Part shown: one piece after another, positions 20,201 to 27,628 of the stretch
Layout: each line of letters begins with the position of its first letter
Position numbering within the stretch: position 1 is the first letter of the stretch
From: Candidatus Micrarchaeota archaeon CG1_02_47_40
Lineage (GTDB): Archaea > Micrarchaeota > Micrarchaeia > Anstonellales > CG1-02-47-40
NCBI GenBank assembly: GCA_001871475.1
Contig: MNVE01000003.1
Span: 6,630 to 70,629, forward strand
DNA length: 64,000 nucleotides
Reading direction: 5' to 3'
Notes under the pieces: generated by a model
Database searches by the model: none
Told to the model about the DNA's origin: nothing
What the model saw: only the letters and a program-made list of their open reading frames with translations
Made by a program: the position numbers and the translations under genes

Positions 20201-21094
20201 CCATACTCGGGAGCAGGAACTACCCCAACCACCGCATCACAGCCAAACGTGGAAACTGCAAGCGCAACCGTTGAGGGGCAGGCTGTGGAAATAACGCGCA
20301 GCCTTGACGTGTATGCAGCGGCATCATCAGGCGGCTCCGCCTCTTCGCAGATTACGGTTTCAGTAAGAAACAGCGGACAGCAGAACGTCAATAACATAGA
20401 GGTGCGCGAGCATATACCTGACTCAATCGCTACGGACGTATCTCAATTGCAGTTCTCGGTACAGCCCGACAGCTTTGAGCAGGGAAGCATAATTGCAGTG
20501 TGGAAGGTTGCGGAACTGGCGGCGGGCGAGACCTTCTCCGTATGGTATTCCGTGAATAAAGTAGTTACAAGCACGCAGTTCAAGGAGGGAGAGGCATCGG
20601 CAATGACTGCCGCGCAGGCGGCGCAGGAAGCAGCCGAGAAGGAAGCTGCAAAGGCAGTGAAGGTTTCCCTTATGGCTGCGGCATCCGCAACCGTCGGCGA
20701 CACAATAAGCATAACTGCAAAGGATGAGGCAGGCGCGCCGATTAGCGGGCTTGAAATAACGGTAACAAGCCCAAGCGAAAGGCTGCTTACACTAACCACT
20801 GACGCAAGCGGAAAAGCAACATTCACCGCAGGGGAGGCAGGCGCATACAAGTACTCTGTCGGCACGGGCTACCTGCTCCTGGTTGCAAAATCAACCGCTG
20901 TAAGCGCGGCGCCAGAAGCGCCAAGCGCGCCTGAAGAGAAAGCGCCAACAACAACTCCTCTGCAGCAGGCAGGCGGGGCAGGGCTGATTGCGGGCATAGG
21001 TGTGCTGGGAATTGTGGTGCTTGCGCTTGTAGTGCTTGCAATCGCAGTGGCAGCTTACTTCATGCTTGGCAAGAAGGGAAAGAAGAGCAAGTAG
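17228..21094 (+). CDS. Large secreted surface glycoprotein: PQQ-like propeller, Ig-like repeats, PGF-pre-PGF-like domain, C-terminal TM anchor
   Basis: Signal peptide; very many N-x-S/T sequons; Thr-rich linker; TM helix plus KKGKKSK tail. Confidence 0.8.
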   Translation: MNWKGKIVLSSVFALVLMCVSFALLYPVANYTMLGGNYYRTSNTTEIGPYNTINVSWSRQIYDYSNIFDLEYNVSSMSSPIVVNGRVYVAARNGSVYCMNVSNGSINWGISLNNNITFSTLAYSPNGQSFLYLGTRDATNPSLLYINPVNGSINWSVSLAGQVDTSPIVVDDYVYIAAGTYVYAYNATNGSQQFWATNVSVSASGVGGSPTGDMVYNGTYLFVPLSSSHYSQVDALTGSIRGTIGTTGLVSNKSMVYDPDTPGRFYYVSTVSSSATLYSKASDIDGTVIFSASIGTSSSSPAIGYVNSTKAIFVGNGTGIGAYSASSGTLLWFTNVLNSTTYTPIIANDLLYVTSAGAANAVEFENSTTVNGTLRLFNASTGVLLWNYPLFNNPGITRPVVANRTLLQISNGILYAFRDMIYIESPLDGNWTNSADGNVTFVVRTNIPYAICNCTMKANVSGTWQFVSSNESTLTNNTAFQIKANFSRGVAANFSGPLIVSAECYYGDVQVNSLNQTFYYVSSAGTPLNVSINNVGAFTAFPGTSNNSWTSNPNISLTFNTTTSVNQTLNCSIYIDGNIANTTTLVTSAYHTNKTGTFSNMNIPDGYHNVSYSCRDNAGLATKTENLSLMVDSVAPTLTVNFGLVAFNMTLPNGTVMQNNSFMVNMTVNDSLVNTNNRPGLQCGLIFNGSLWNMTRTNDSTTQYVCYFNVTAGLSEAPAVSVAYNWSVRVNDTANNTATAGTYQTIVDNTVPSISNVSLSLIGNLTDTTAVNGSGTLGYLGQRFYVYANVSEPNANLSYFNVSINNGTGITATDISVITLTTPTVVVNRSNIYSLYRWAFTPTASYMGAMAQSNFSVNLTLYDKAGNAVWTNNSVNFSLSSTPIVASIISNETSNGSICSGYRVTISGVVQLSDGTALANRVAELTGLVYANITTNSTGGYSTELSSASTGTIALSVRDTSVTNSTSITVTTCTSTSSGTTTTGSTTSGGTPYSGAGTTPTTASQPNVETASATVEGQAVEITRSLDVYAAASSGGSASSQITVSVRNSGQQNVNNIEVREHIPDSIATDVSQLQFSVQPDSFEQGSIIAVWKVAELAAGETFSVWYSVNKVVTSTQFKEGEASAMTAAQAAQEAAEKEAAKAVKVSLMAAASATVGDTISITAKDEAGAPISGLEITVTSPSERLLTLTTDASGKATFTAGEAGAYKYSVGTGYLLLVAKSTAVSAAPEAPSAPEEKAPTTTPLQQAGGAGLIAGIGVLGIVVLALVVLAIAVAAYFMLGKKGKKSK

Positions 21095-21256
21095 ACCTTC
21101 TTTTTCCTTTTTTTCTTTTTATTTTCCCTTAGCTTGGCTTTTTTCTTCTTTGCTTTTTTCTTACTCCTTTTTTTCTTTTCTTAGCATAGCTTTTCTTCTT
21201 CTTTTTACAATATAATAAATCCGAAAATAAAAAATCAGGGAAAAGAAGAATTATTA

Positions 21257-21325
21257 TAGCGGACCCAAGGCAGGCTTCTTAAGCGCACCATCCGGTACAC
21301 GCCAAGCCTTGGACTTACCCACTGC
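21257..21325 (-). ncRNA. Putative orphan structured small RNA
   Basis: GC-rich rod hairpin in AT-rich intergenic DNA; BRE/TATA (aaaaacgttataag) ~22 nt upstream; U-tracts downstream. Confidence 0.45.
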
Positions 21326-21416
21326 ATAAGATTTGAAAAACAAAGCTTATAACGTTTTTGGAACTTTCTTGAGCTTCTGCATTTAATTTATATATTATAC
21401 TCCTGTTTATTTTCCC

Positions 21417-24218
21417 ATGCAGCAACTGGCAGGAAAAGAAGGGGAGAAAGAGTCCATGCGCTCAAAGATGGAGCAGGATTTGCGCTACCAGAGTGTGCTT
21501 GCTACCCTGCTTGACATTGAGCACAATTTCAATTTATGGGGCGCCCTTCTCGTTGCGCTGGGTGCGCTCTTTCTTTTATTGGCATTCCCCTTCTACCCAA
21601 TCCTTCTCATTCCCGTGCTCGCCCTTTTCTGCGGGGCATTGTCCTACAAATATCCACCAGCAGGAGTAATAGCTGGAATGTTTTTCACATTTCCCGCAAT
21701 CGCATACCAGTCCCCTGGCTTGGCATGGCTTTTTGCAATCCCTCTAACGGTAGCGTTATTTGAAGTATTCAACGAGTGGGCAATCATAGCATTTTTGGAA
21801 ATTGTTATACTCGCGCCCTTTGCTCCCTTTCCCTTCTCCTTAATCTCCCCTCTCATATATGCTGCAATGGCGCTTGCCTCCCTTTATGTTGGCTCAAGAA
21901 GAAGCGTTGAAATCTCCCTCCCGGCAGTATTTCTCATTCTCCTTCTTTCCTCTTTCTGGATGGTGCAGAATTCGGCGTTCCTTCCGGTTTCCCTTGAGAA
22001 ATATTCAGGCGAGTCCCTTCTGCAGCACGCAAACCTCCCGGCTGTGGAGGCGATGAGCGTGGTTTCAGGCGCATTAAGCGCAATACAGTCCCTTTTCGCA
22101 GTTGAGAACGTGCAGTTTGCCTCCTTTGGGGTTTCAAAACTATTGGAGAACACCTTTGTGCTCTTTGCGCACGACACTGCCTTCTTTCAGCTTGCAATCT
22201 GGGGCATTATACTCTATATTATAGGGTGGCTGCCTGCAAGGCTGAAAATGAAGAAGCAGAAGCAGCTTACGCAGGCAGTTTCCGCTCTTCCCCTTCTTTT
22301 GGCTCCGCTTGCCTATTTTGCGCTTTCCTCCTTTTTTGGCATGAGCTTTGACTTTCTAATGCCCATCTACGCGCTTCTCTCTATTATTATTATAGTGGCA
22401 TTCTCGCGCCTGAACATAAAAGTGGCGCACGAGTCGCAGGTAATACGCAGGGAAAAAACAAAGAAATTCGGCAAATTCGGATTACAGGATTTGGGAGAGG
22501 GAGAAGGCGTTTCTTCTCTTGATGATATAGGCGGGTATGAGGATGTGAAGGCGGAATTGCGCAGCGCAATCATAATGCCCCTTGAGAAAAAGGAGCTATC
22601 TCTGAAATACGGCATAAAACCCCCGAGCGGAATACTCCTTTTCGGTCCCCCGGGAACGGGAAAGACGCTTCTGATGCGCGCCCTCTCAAAGGAGCTTGAT
22701 TACGGTTTTTATGCGGTGCAGTGCTCCGAGCTTCTCTCAAAATGGTATGGAGAGACGGAAAAAAATATCTCCGAACTCTTTGACACTGCAAGGAAAAACG
22801 CCCCCTGCATACTCTTCTTTGACGAGATTGATTCCATAGGAAAAAAAAGAAGCGAGTACTCTTCTGATGAAGTCAGTAAGAGAGTACTTTCCATGTTTTT
22901 AGAAGAGCTTGACGGTTCAAAATCAAAAAAAGGAGTCATTATTATAGGCGCGACCAACATCCCAAATCAGCTTGATTCGGCGCTTATCCGCCCAGGAAGG
23001 CTGGACAAAATAATTTACATGCCGCTTCCGGACATTTCAGCAAGAAAGGCAATATTCAAAGTGCACACGAAAAAGCTCCCCCTTTCTTCAGATATTGATT
23101 ATGAGAGGCTTACAGAAATAACCGAGCGTTATTCCGGTGCGGATATTGCAAACATTTGTTCGGAGGCATCGCGTCTTGCGGCAGGAGAGGCTGCGGAAAG
23201 CGGGAAGAATAAGGTAGTGCCAGTTAGTATGGCGCATTTCAGCAGAGTTATCTCAAGTGTCCGCCCCTCTGTTTCTTTGGAGCAATTGGCGGAGCACGAA
23301 AAATTCCGCCTTGATTTTGAGCGGAGGGTGGCAGGCAAGGGAGAGGAAGAGAAAGAAAAAGAAAAGAAAAAAAAGGATGCCGTCAGCTGGAGCGATGTTG
23401 CCGGCTTAAAGGACGTGAAGCAGGCTCTGCGCGAGGCGATAGAACTGCCCCTCCTGCACGAGGACGTGCTGAAGCAGTATAAGATAAAACCCTCAAAGGG
23501 ATTGCTGATGTTCGGTCCCCCTGGGTGCGGAAAGACGCTCATACTCAAAGCCGCCTCAAGCGAGATGAAAGCCACCTTCCTGACTCTTTCAGGCGCAGAG
23601 CTTACCAAAAGGGGCTATGAATACTCTGTGCAGGCAATAAGGGAAACCTTCAACCGCGCGCGGGAGCACACTCCGGCAATAATCTTCCTTGATGAGATAG
23701 AATCGCTTGCATCTGCGCGAAGCCAATCCTATTCCAGCCCGGTGCTGACACAGCTTCTAACCGAGCTTGACGGAGTCAGCGAGCTCAAGAACGTAATGCT
23801 TGTGGGCGCCACAAACAAGCCCAATCTTGTGGATTCGGCAATACTGCGCCCAGGGAGGTTTGACAAGATAATATACGTCCCTCCGCCTGATTCAGAGTCA
23901 AGGGCGCAAATCTTCAGATTGAACATGGAAGAGTTCCTGCAGAATGCCTCTGATGCTGATTTTAAGATTCTCTCAAGCCATACGGACGGCTTTAGCGGTG
24001 CGGACATTTCAGCAATCTGCCAGGAGGCAAAGATGGCTTTAGCGCGAAAGACAATTCGAGGGAAAGAAGCAAATCTTTCTTCCGATGCGCCAAAACTCTC
24101 TTTAAAATTTTCCCTTGATGACATTCTGGAGGTAATAAGAAAGAGAAGGCCCTCAATAACTTCTGCGCAGTTGAACGAATACATGCAATTCTTGAGGGAT
24201 TATGGGGAGAGGAAGTAG
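21417..24218 (+). CDS. Polytopic membrane protein fused to two AAA+ domains (Cdc48-like)
   Basis: ~330-aa hydrophobic N-terminus; GPPGTGKT/FFDEID/RPGRLD and GPPGCGKT/FLDEIE/RPGRFD. Confidence 0.88.
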   Translation: MQQLAGKEGEKESMRSKMEQDLRYQSVLATLLDIEHNFNLWGALLVALGALFLLLAFPFYPILLIPVLALFCGALSYKYPPAGVIAGMFFTFPAIAYQSPGLAWLFAIPLTVALFEVFNEWAIIAFLEIVILAPFAPFPFSLISPLIYAAMALASLYVGSRRSVEISLPAVFLILLLSSFWMVQNSAFLPVSLEKYSGESLLQHANLPAVEAMSVVSGALSAIQSLFAVENVQFASFGVSKLLENTFVLFAHDTAFFQLAIWGIILYIIGWLPARLKMKKQKQLTQAVSALPLLLAPLAYFALSSFFGMSFDFLMPIYALLSIIIIVAFSRLNIKVAHESQVIRREKTKKFGKFGLQDLGEGEGVSSLDDIGGYEDVKAELRSAIIMPLEKKELSLKYGIKPPSGILLFGPPGTGKTLLMRALSKELDYGFYAVQCSELLSKWYGETEKNISELFDTARKNAPCILFFDEIDSIGKKRSEYSSDEVSKRVLSMFLEELDGSKSKKGVIIIGATNIPNQLDSALIRPGRLDKIIYMPLPDISARKAIFKVHTKKLPLSSDIDYERLTEITERYSGADIANICSEASRLAAGEAAESGKNKVVPVSMAHFSRVISSVRPSVSLEQLAEHEKFRLDFERRVAGKGEEEKEKEKKKKDAVSWSDVAGLKDVKQALREAIELPLLHEDVLKQYKIKPSKGLLMFGPPGCGKTLILKAASSEMKATFLTLSGAELTKRGYEYSVQAIRETFNRAREHTPAIIFLDEIESLASARSQSYSSPVLTQLLTELDGVSELKNVMLVGATNKPNLVDSAILRPGRFDKIIYVPPPDSESRAQIFRLNMEEFLQNASDADFKILSSHTDGFSGADISAICQEAKMALARKTIRGKEANLSSDAPKLSLKFSLDDILEVIRKRRPSITSAQLNEYMQFLRDYGERK

Positions 24219-24591
24219 AATGGGAAGGAAAAGATAGGAAGGAAAAGATAGGTGAAAGGAGGAGAGGATAAATGCCCGCAGGTTTTACTTTTGACGAATT
24301 TTCCTCAGTTTATTCGTCATTTTATATACAAAAGTTCGTCAATATTCTATTTTTTATCTCAAATATGTATATTGCAGTTTATACTACTTCTAAAGGTTTA
24401 TATAGTTATTGTTTGACATAATCCCATTCTCCCTGTATAGGGGGCCCTAACCTAGGGTTTCCTGCCTTAAGGGAGAATTGAAAAATTTTGGGCAACAGAC
24501 AGGGCTGCCTCTGTTAATTATTTATGCAGAGAATTGCCCAAAAAAAGAGGCAGCGAAAAAAAAACACAGGAAGAACCACGAGGTGGTTTGA

Positions 24592-27327
24592 GTGAAAGGA
24601 ATAAATATAAGAAAAATCGCGGCACTCGCGTCCGGAATAGCCCTTTTGGGTGCATCCGTGGCAGTAGCTGACGTGGTTTATGGCAACACGCAACTAGTTG
24701 ACCAAAACGGCCAGCCGGTAGTGAAGGTTGTCGTAGGCGCGAATGCGGCTGCAAGCGACGGTGTTGCTGCGGGAAACATAGCGGCAAGGATTGCCAACCT
24801 CGCATATAAGAGCTCAACGCTGACCGCGACAGTAAGCGGAGAGGCGGCATGCTCTGTAGGCGGAGCGAACGGCTCAACGGGCGCAGGCTCATGTGCTGTT
24901 ACGAACAAGAAGGCGAACCTTGAAATCACTCTTCCGGGAGTGACAGCTGGAGCGTATCAGTTTACAACGCTCATAGCAGACTACATAGACAGGATGCCGG
25001 GAAACAGGAATACGACATCGTCTGATGACATTTGGAGTTCCTCATCCGACACTTCAACTACAATGTCAGGACTCTATGGAGGCGCAACAGCGACTGAAAT
25101 AAGAGGCACCCAGAACGTCTTCAAGATATCCGGCGCGGAGTTCGCACCGTTTGCGTCAGCCACAGTGACTGACACATCCGGCTCGAAGACCTATTCGGAA
25201 ACGCAGGCGATGTGGATATACGGTGAAACGTATTTCTCAACAAGCGCTGACGCGATTGTCGCAAAGTTCTCCGGCATCGGCTACACGGCAAAGTTTGATT
25301 CGGGCGACTATGGTATCATGGTTTGCACGGGCTCAAACTACGACTACTCCAACTACAATGCTTGCGCCATAGGCGACAACGAGCACATAAACACACACAA
25401 GGCGGAGATTCAGTTCCTCGGACAGACCTGGATTATTTCAGAGCTGACTCCACCACTAGCAGTCGCGGGTGCATACAATCTTAACTCCACCACGACTACT
25501 CTGCTTGGAGGAAGCGTGAAGCTTGCAAAGAGCTCACAGTCCGGCATCATTAACGTCGGAGACGAGCTTGACGCAGGCACTGTGAAGATACGCCTCTCGG
25601 ACATTTCAGTCGCGACCGGCTCAGGCAACGCGCACCCGGCAATCGTCGACATATTGGATGCCAACGGCGCATTGCTCCAGCAGACGTCCATAAATGAGGG
25701 CACCACCTACTCCTACACAACGGGGGGCACTACAGTAAAAATCCATGTGTATAAGACTGCACCTGGGTTTACACTGAATGCGAAATGGGCTGACATGGCA
25801 ATCTTCACGGACGAGCTTTTGCTCAAAAACACCGAGAAGATTGATGCGAGCTCCGGCGACCCCAACTACGACTGGAAGGCGTACATCCGCTGGAAAAACA
25901 AGGGATGGGCTTCAGGAGGCAACTACTCAAACAGCCAGGCAGACAACCTGAGGGAGATAATCATCTACGACCCTGAGACATACTCAGGAAAGACAGCCGG
26001 TCAGTCCATAAACATAATTGGAGACCCGATAGTCTATCAGTTGCAGTACGATGGCTTGAGCCTTGCAAGCAGCGACTACGACCGCTTGAAGTTCAGCATA
26101 GTGAATGCTGACGAGCTTGGCAGCGTCGCCTTGGGGACACCTATTGCCGAGACAAACATGACGAGCAACACCACCTGCGGCGACGACGCGGCGGCTATCA
26201 CCGGGAAGGTCATTAAAGTTGAGTCCGGGATAAGCAACGCCTTTAAGATACCAAATTCTGGCGGAGACACCGTAAATAAATTCTACGTCAGGTATCTTAC
26301 CAACTCAAGCGCGGCAGGCAACGTAACAGGTGCCGTAATGCTGTACTACCAGCCCTCAACTGCAGCTTGTGATTACTGGCAGGGGGGAGCACAGGGTTTC
26401 AGTGCAGCGGGTGCGGCAGTCGCCAGCTTGAACACGACAGGCGGAAGCGAAAAGGCAGTCGCATACGAGACCGTAGGAACCGGGACAGCGCAAGGGTACC
26501 TTTCCTTTGTGACTGGCAACGCATCTTCAGACGGAGGGAACCTTTCAATATATATTCAGGAAGATGCAGGAAAGGTTAATTCTGTAAGCGCCAACTACGA
26601 CTCTTTCGTCTTCCAGGCGATAGGGTTGTCAAGTGCCTCATCCTTCGAGTTCAAGGCGCGCGACAGTGACAACTCTGACAGGATTATGTATAACAGCGTG
26701 CAATACGTGGCAGAGCTCCTTGAGCCCAAGAGCAACCTTTACGACGCACCCCTTATTTCAGAGAGAGGCTCAAAGTTCATCGGGCTGTCTTCGGACACCG
26801 TTGAATTTGACGTCGCGAAGAAGATTGCGGACGCAAAATACGTCCTCATGAGCTCTGGAACGGAAAGCACCAGCAACGTGCTCAAGAAGTCCCTTGCAGA
26901 GGGAGAAGAGACCGAGCTTACGGGAGGCATAAAGGTAAAGGTGGATACCATTACCCAGACAGTCGGCTCATGCGTCGCAGGCGCAGTCGCAGGCTCAACG
27001 CCTGATTGCACTGTTGACTCATCCGGCGTGTCGGCGGTAATCTCGCCCAACAATGCCGCATCCGTTGAGGTTTCCGAGCCATACCTGCTCTCAAGCGACC
27101 TTGTGGTCCTTGACAGCAATGCAGCAGGCGTGGGCAAGGTAATCTCAGTCGGAGGGCCCGCTGTGAACAGCGTAACCCGCGAAGCGCTTGCCGGCAGCGA
27201 CGTTGACTTTGCAACAAAGTCAGTCGTTGTGCAGGAAGTAGGCAACACAATCGTGGTAGCAGGTTACTCTGCGGCAGACACCCTGACAGCTGCTGGCCAG
27301 TTCATAGCTGGAATACAGAAGCAGTAA
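24592..27327 (+). CDS. S-layer protein (Methanococcus/Thermococcus-type N- and C-terminal S-layer domains)
   Basis: IRKIAALASG signal, VVVGANAAASDGVAA, ISVGGPAVNSVT, IVVAGYSAADT; long leader and strong terminator. Confidence 0.9.
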   Translation: MKGINIRKIAALASGIALLGASVAVADVVYGNTQLVDQNGQPVVKVVVGANAAASDGVAAGNIAARIANLAYKSSTLTATVSGEAACSVGGANGSTGAGSCAVTNKKANLEITLPGVTAGAYQFTTLIADYIDRMPGNRNTTSSDDIWSSSSDTSTTMSGLYGGATATEIRGTQNVFKISGAEFAPFASATVTDTSGSKTYSETQAMWIYGETYFSTSADAIVAKFSGIGYTAKFDSGDYGIMVCTGSNYDYSNYNACAIGDNEHINTHKAEIQFLGQTWIISELTPPLAVAGAYNLNSTTTTLLGGSVKLAKSSQSGIINVGDELDAGTVKIRLSDISVATGSGNAHPAIVDILDANGALLQQTSINEGTTYSYTTGGTTVKIHVYKTAPGFTLNAKWADMAIFTDELLLKNTEKIDASSGDPNYDWKAYIRWKNKGWASGGNYSNSQADNLREIIIYDPETYSGKTAGQSINIIGDPIVYQLQYDGLSLASSDYDRLKFSIVNADELGSVALGTPIAETNMTSNTTCGDDAAAITGKVIKVESGISNAFKIPNSGGDTVNKFYVRYLTNSSAAGNVTGAVMLYYQPSTAACDYWQGGAQGFSAAGAAVASLNTTGGSEKAVAYETVGTGTAQGYLSFVTGNASSDGGNLSIYIQEDAGKVNSVSANYDSFVFQAIGLSSASSFEFKARDSDNSDRIMYNSVQYVAELLEPKSNLYDAPLISERGSKFIGLSSDTVEFDVAKKIADAKYVLMSSGTESTSNVLKKSLAEGEETELTGGIKVKVDTITQTVGSCVAGAVAGSTPDCTVDSSGVSAVISPNNAASVEVSEPYLLSSDLVVLDSNAAGVGKVISVGGPAVNSVTREALAGSDVDFATKSVVVQEVGNTIVVAGYSAADTLTAAGQFIAGIQKQ

Positions 27328-27339
27328 GCCAACACAACA

Positions 27340-27385
27340 CGGGGCGAAAAACGCCCCGCCCTTTTTTCTTTTTCTTTCTTTTTTT
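27340..27385 (+). terminator. Hairpin plus T-tract terminator of the S-layer gene
   Basis: cggggcg-aaaaa-cgccccg followed by long T runs. Confidence 0.75.
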
Positions 27386-27460
27386 CAAGCCCTTAATTTA
27401 TGTCTTATCAAATTTTCTTTCTCTTTTTTCTTTTTCAATCAATCTGATTCTTTTTCATTA

Positions 27461-27555
27461 TTCTTTTTTCCTTTCACCTAATCTGATTTTTCTTTCTTTT
27501 TTCCTTTCACTTAATTCATTTTTCTTTCTTTTTTTCCTTTCAATTAATCCGATTC
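27461..27555. repeat. ~33-bp pyrimidine-rich tandem repeat, ~3 copies
   Basis: ttcttttttcctttcac(c/t)taat...atttttct repeated with small variation. Confidence 0.6.
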
Positions 27556-27628
27556 AATCCGATTCTTTTTTGCTGATTTTCCCCCCATTATTTTCACCTC
27601 GGCAGGATTACGCTAAGGTATTTAAATC

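Noticed and set aside
21257-21325. RNase P RNA or known self-cleaving ribozyme identity for the small hairpin RNA
   Set aside because: GGGUAAGUCC only loosely resembles RNase P CR-I, the element is far too short and lacks CR-V; no hammerhead, twister or HDV core is recognisable
24224-24251. gaaggaaaagatag tandem duplication
   Set aside because: Short purine-rich slippage repeat with no further structure
27420-27570. Possible CRISPR array from ~33-bp periodic repeats
   Set aside because: Units are contiguous low-complexity T/C tracts without unique spacers; no cas genes in the window
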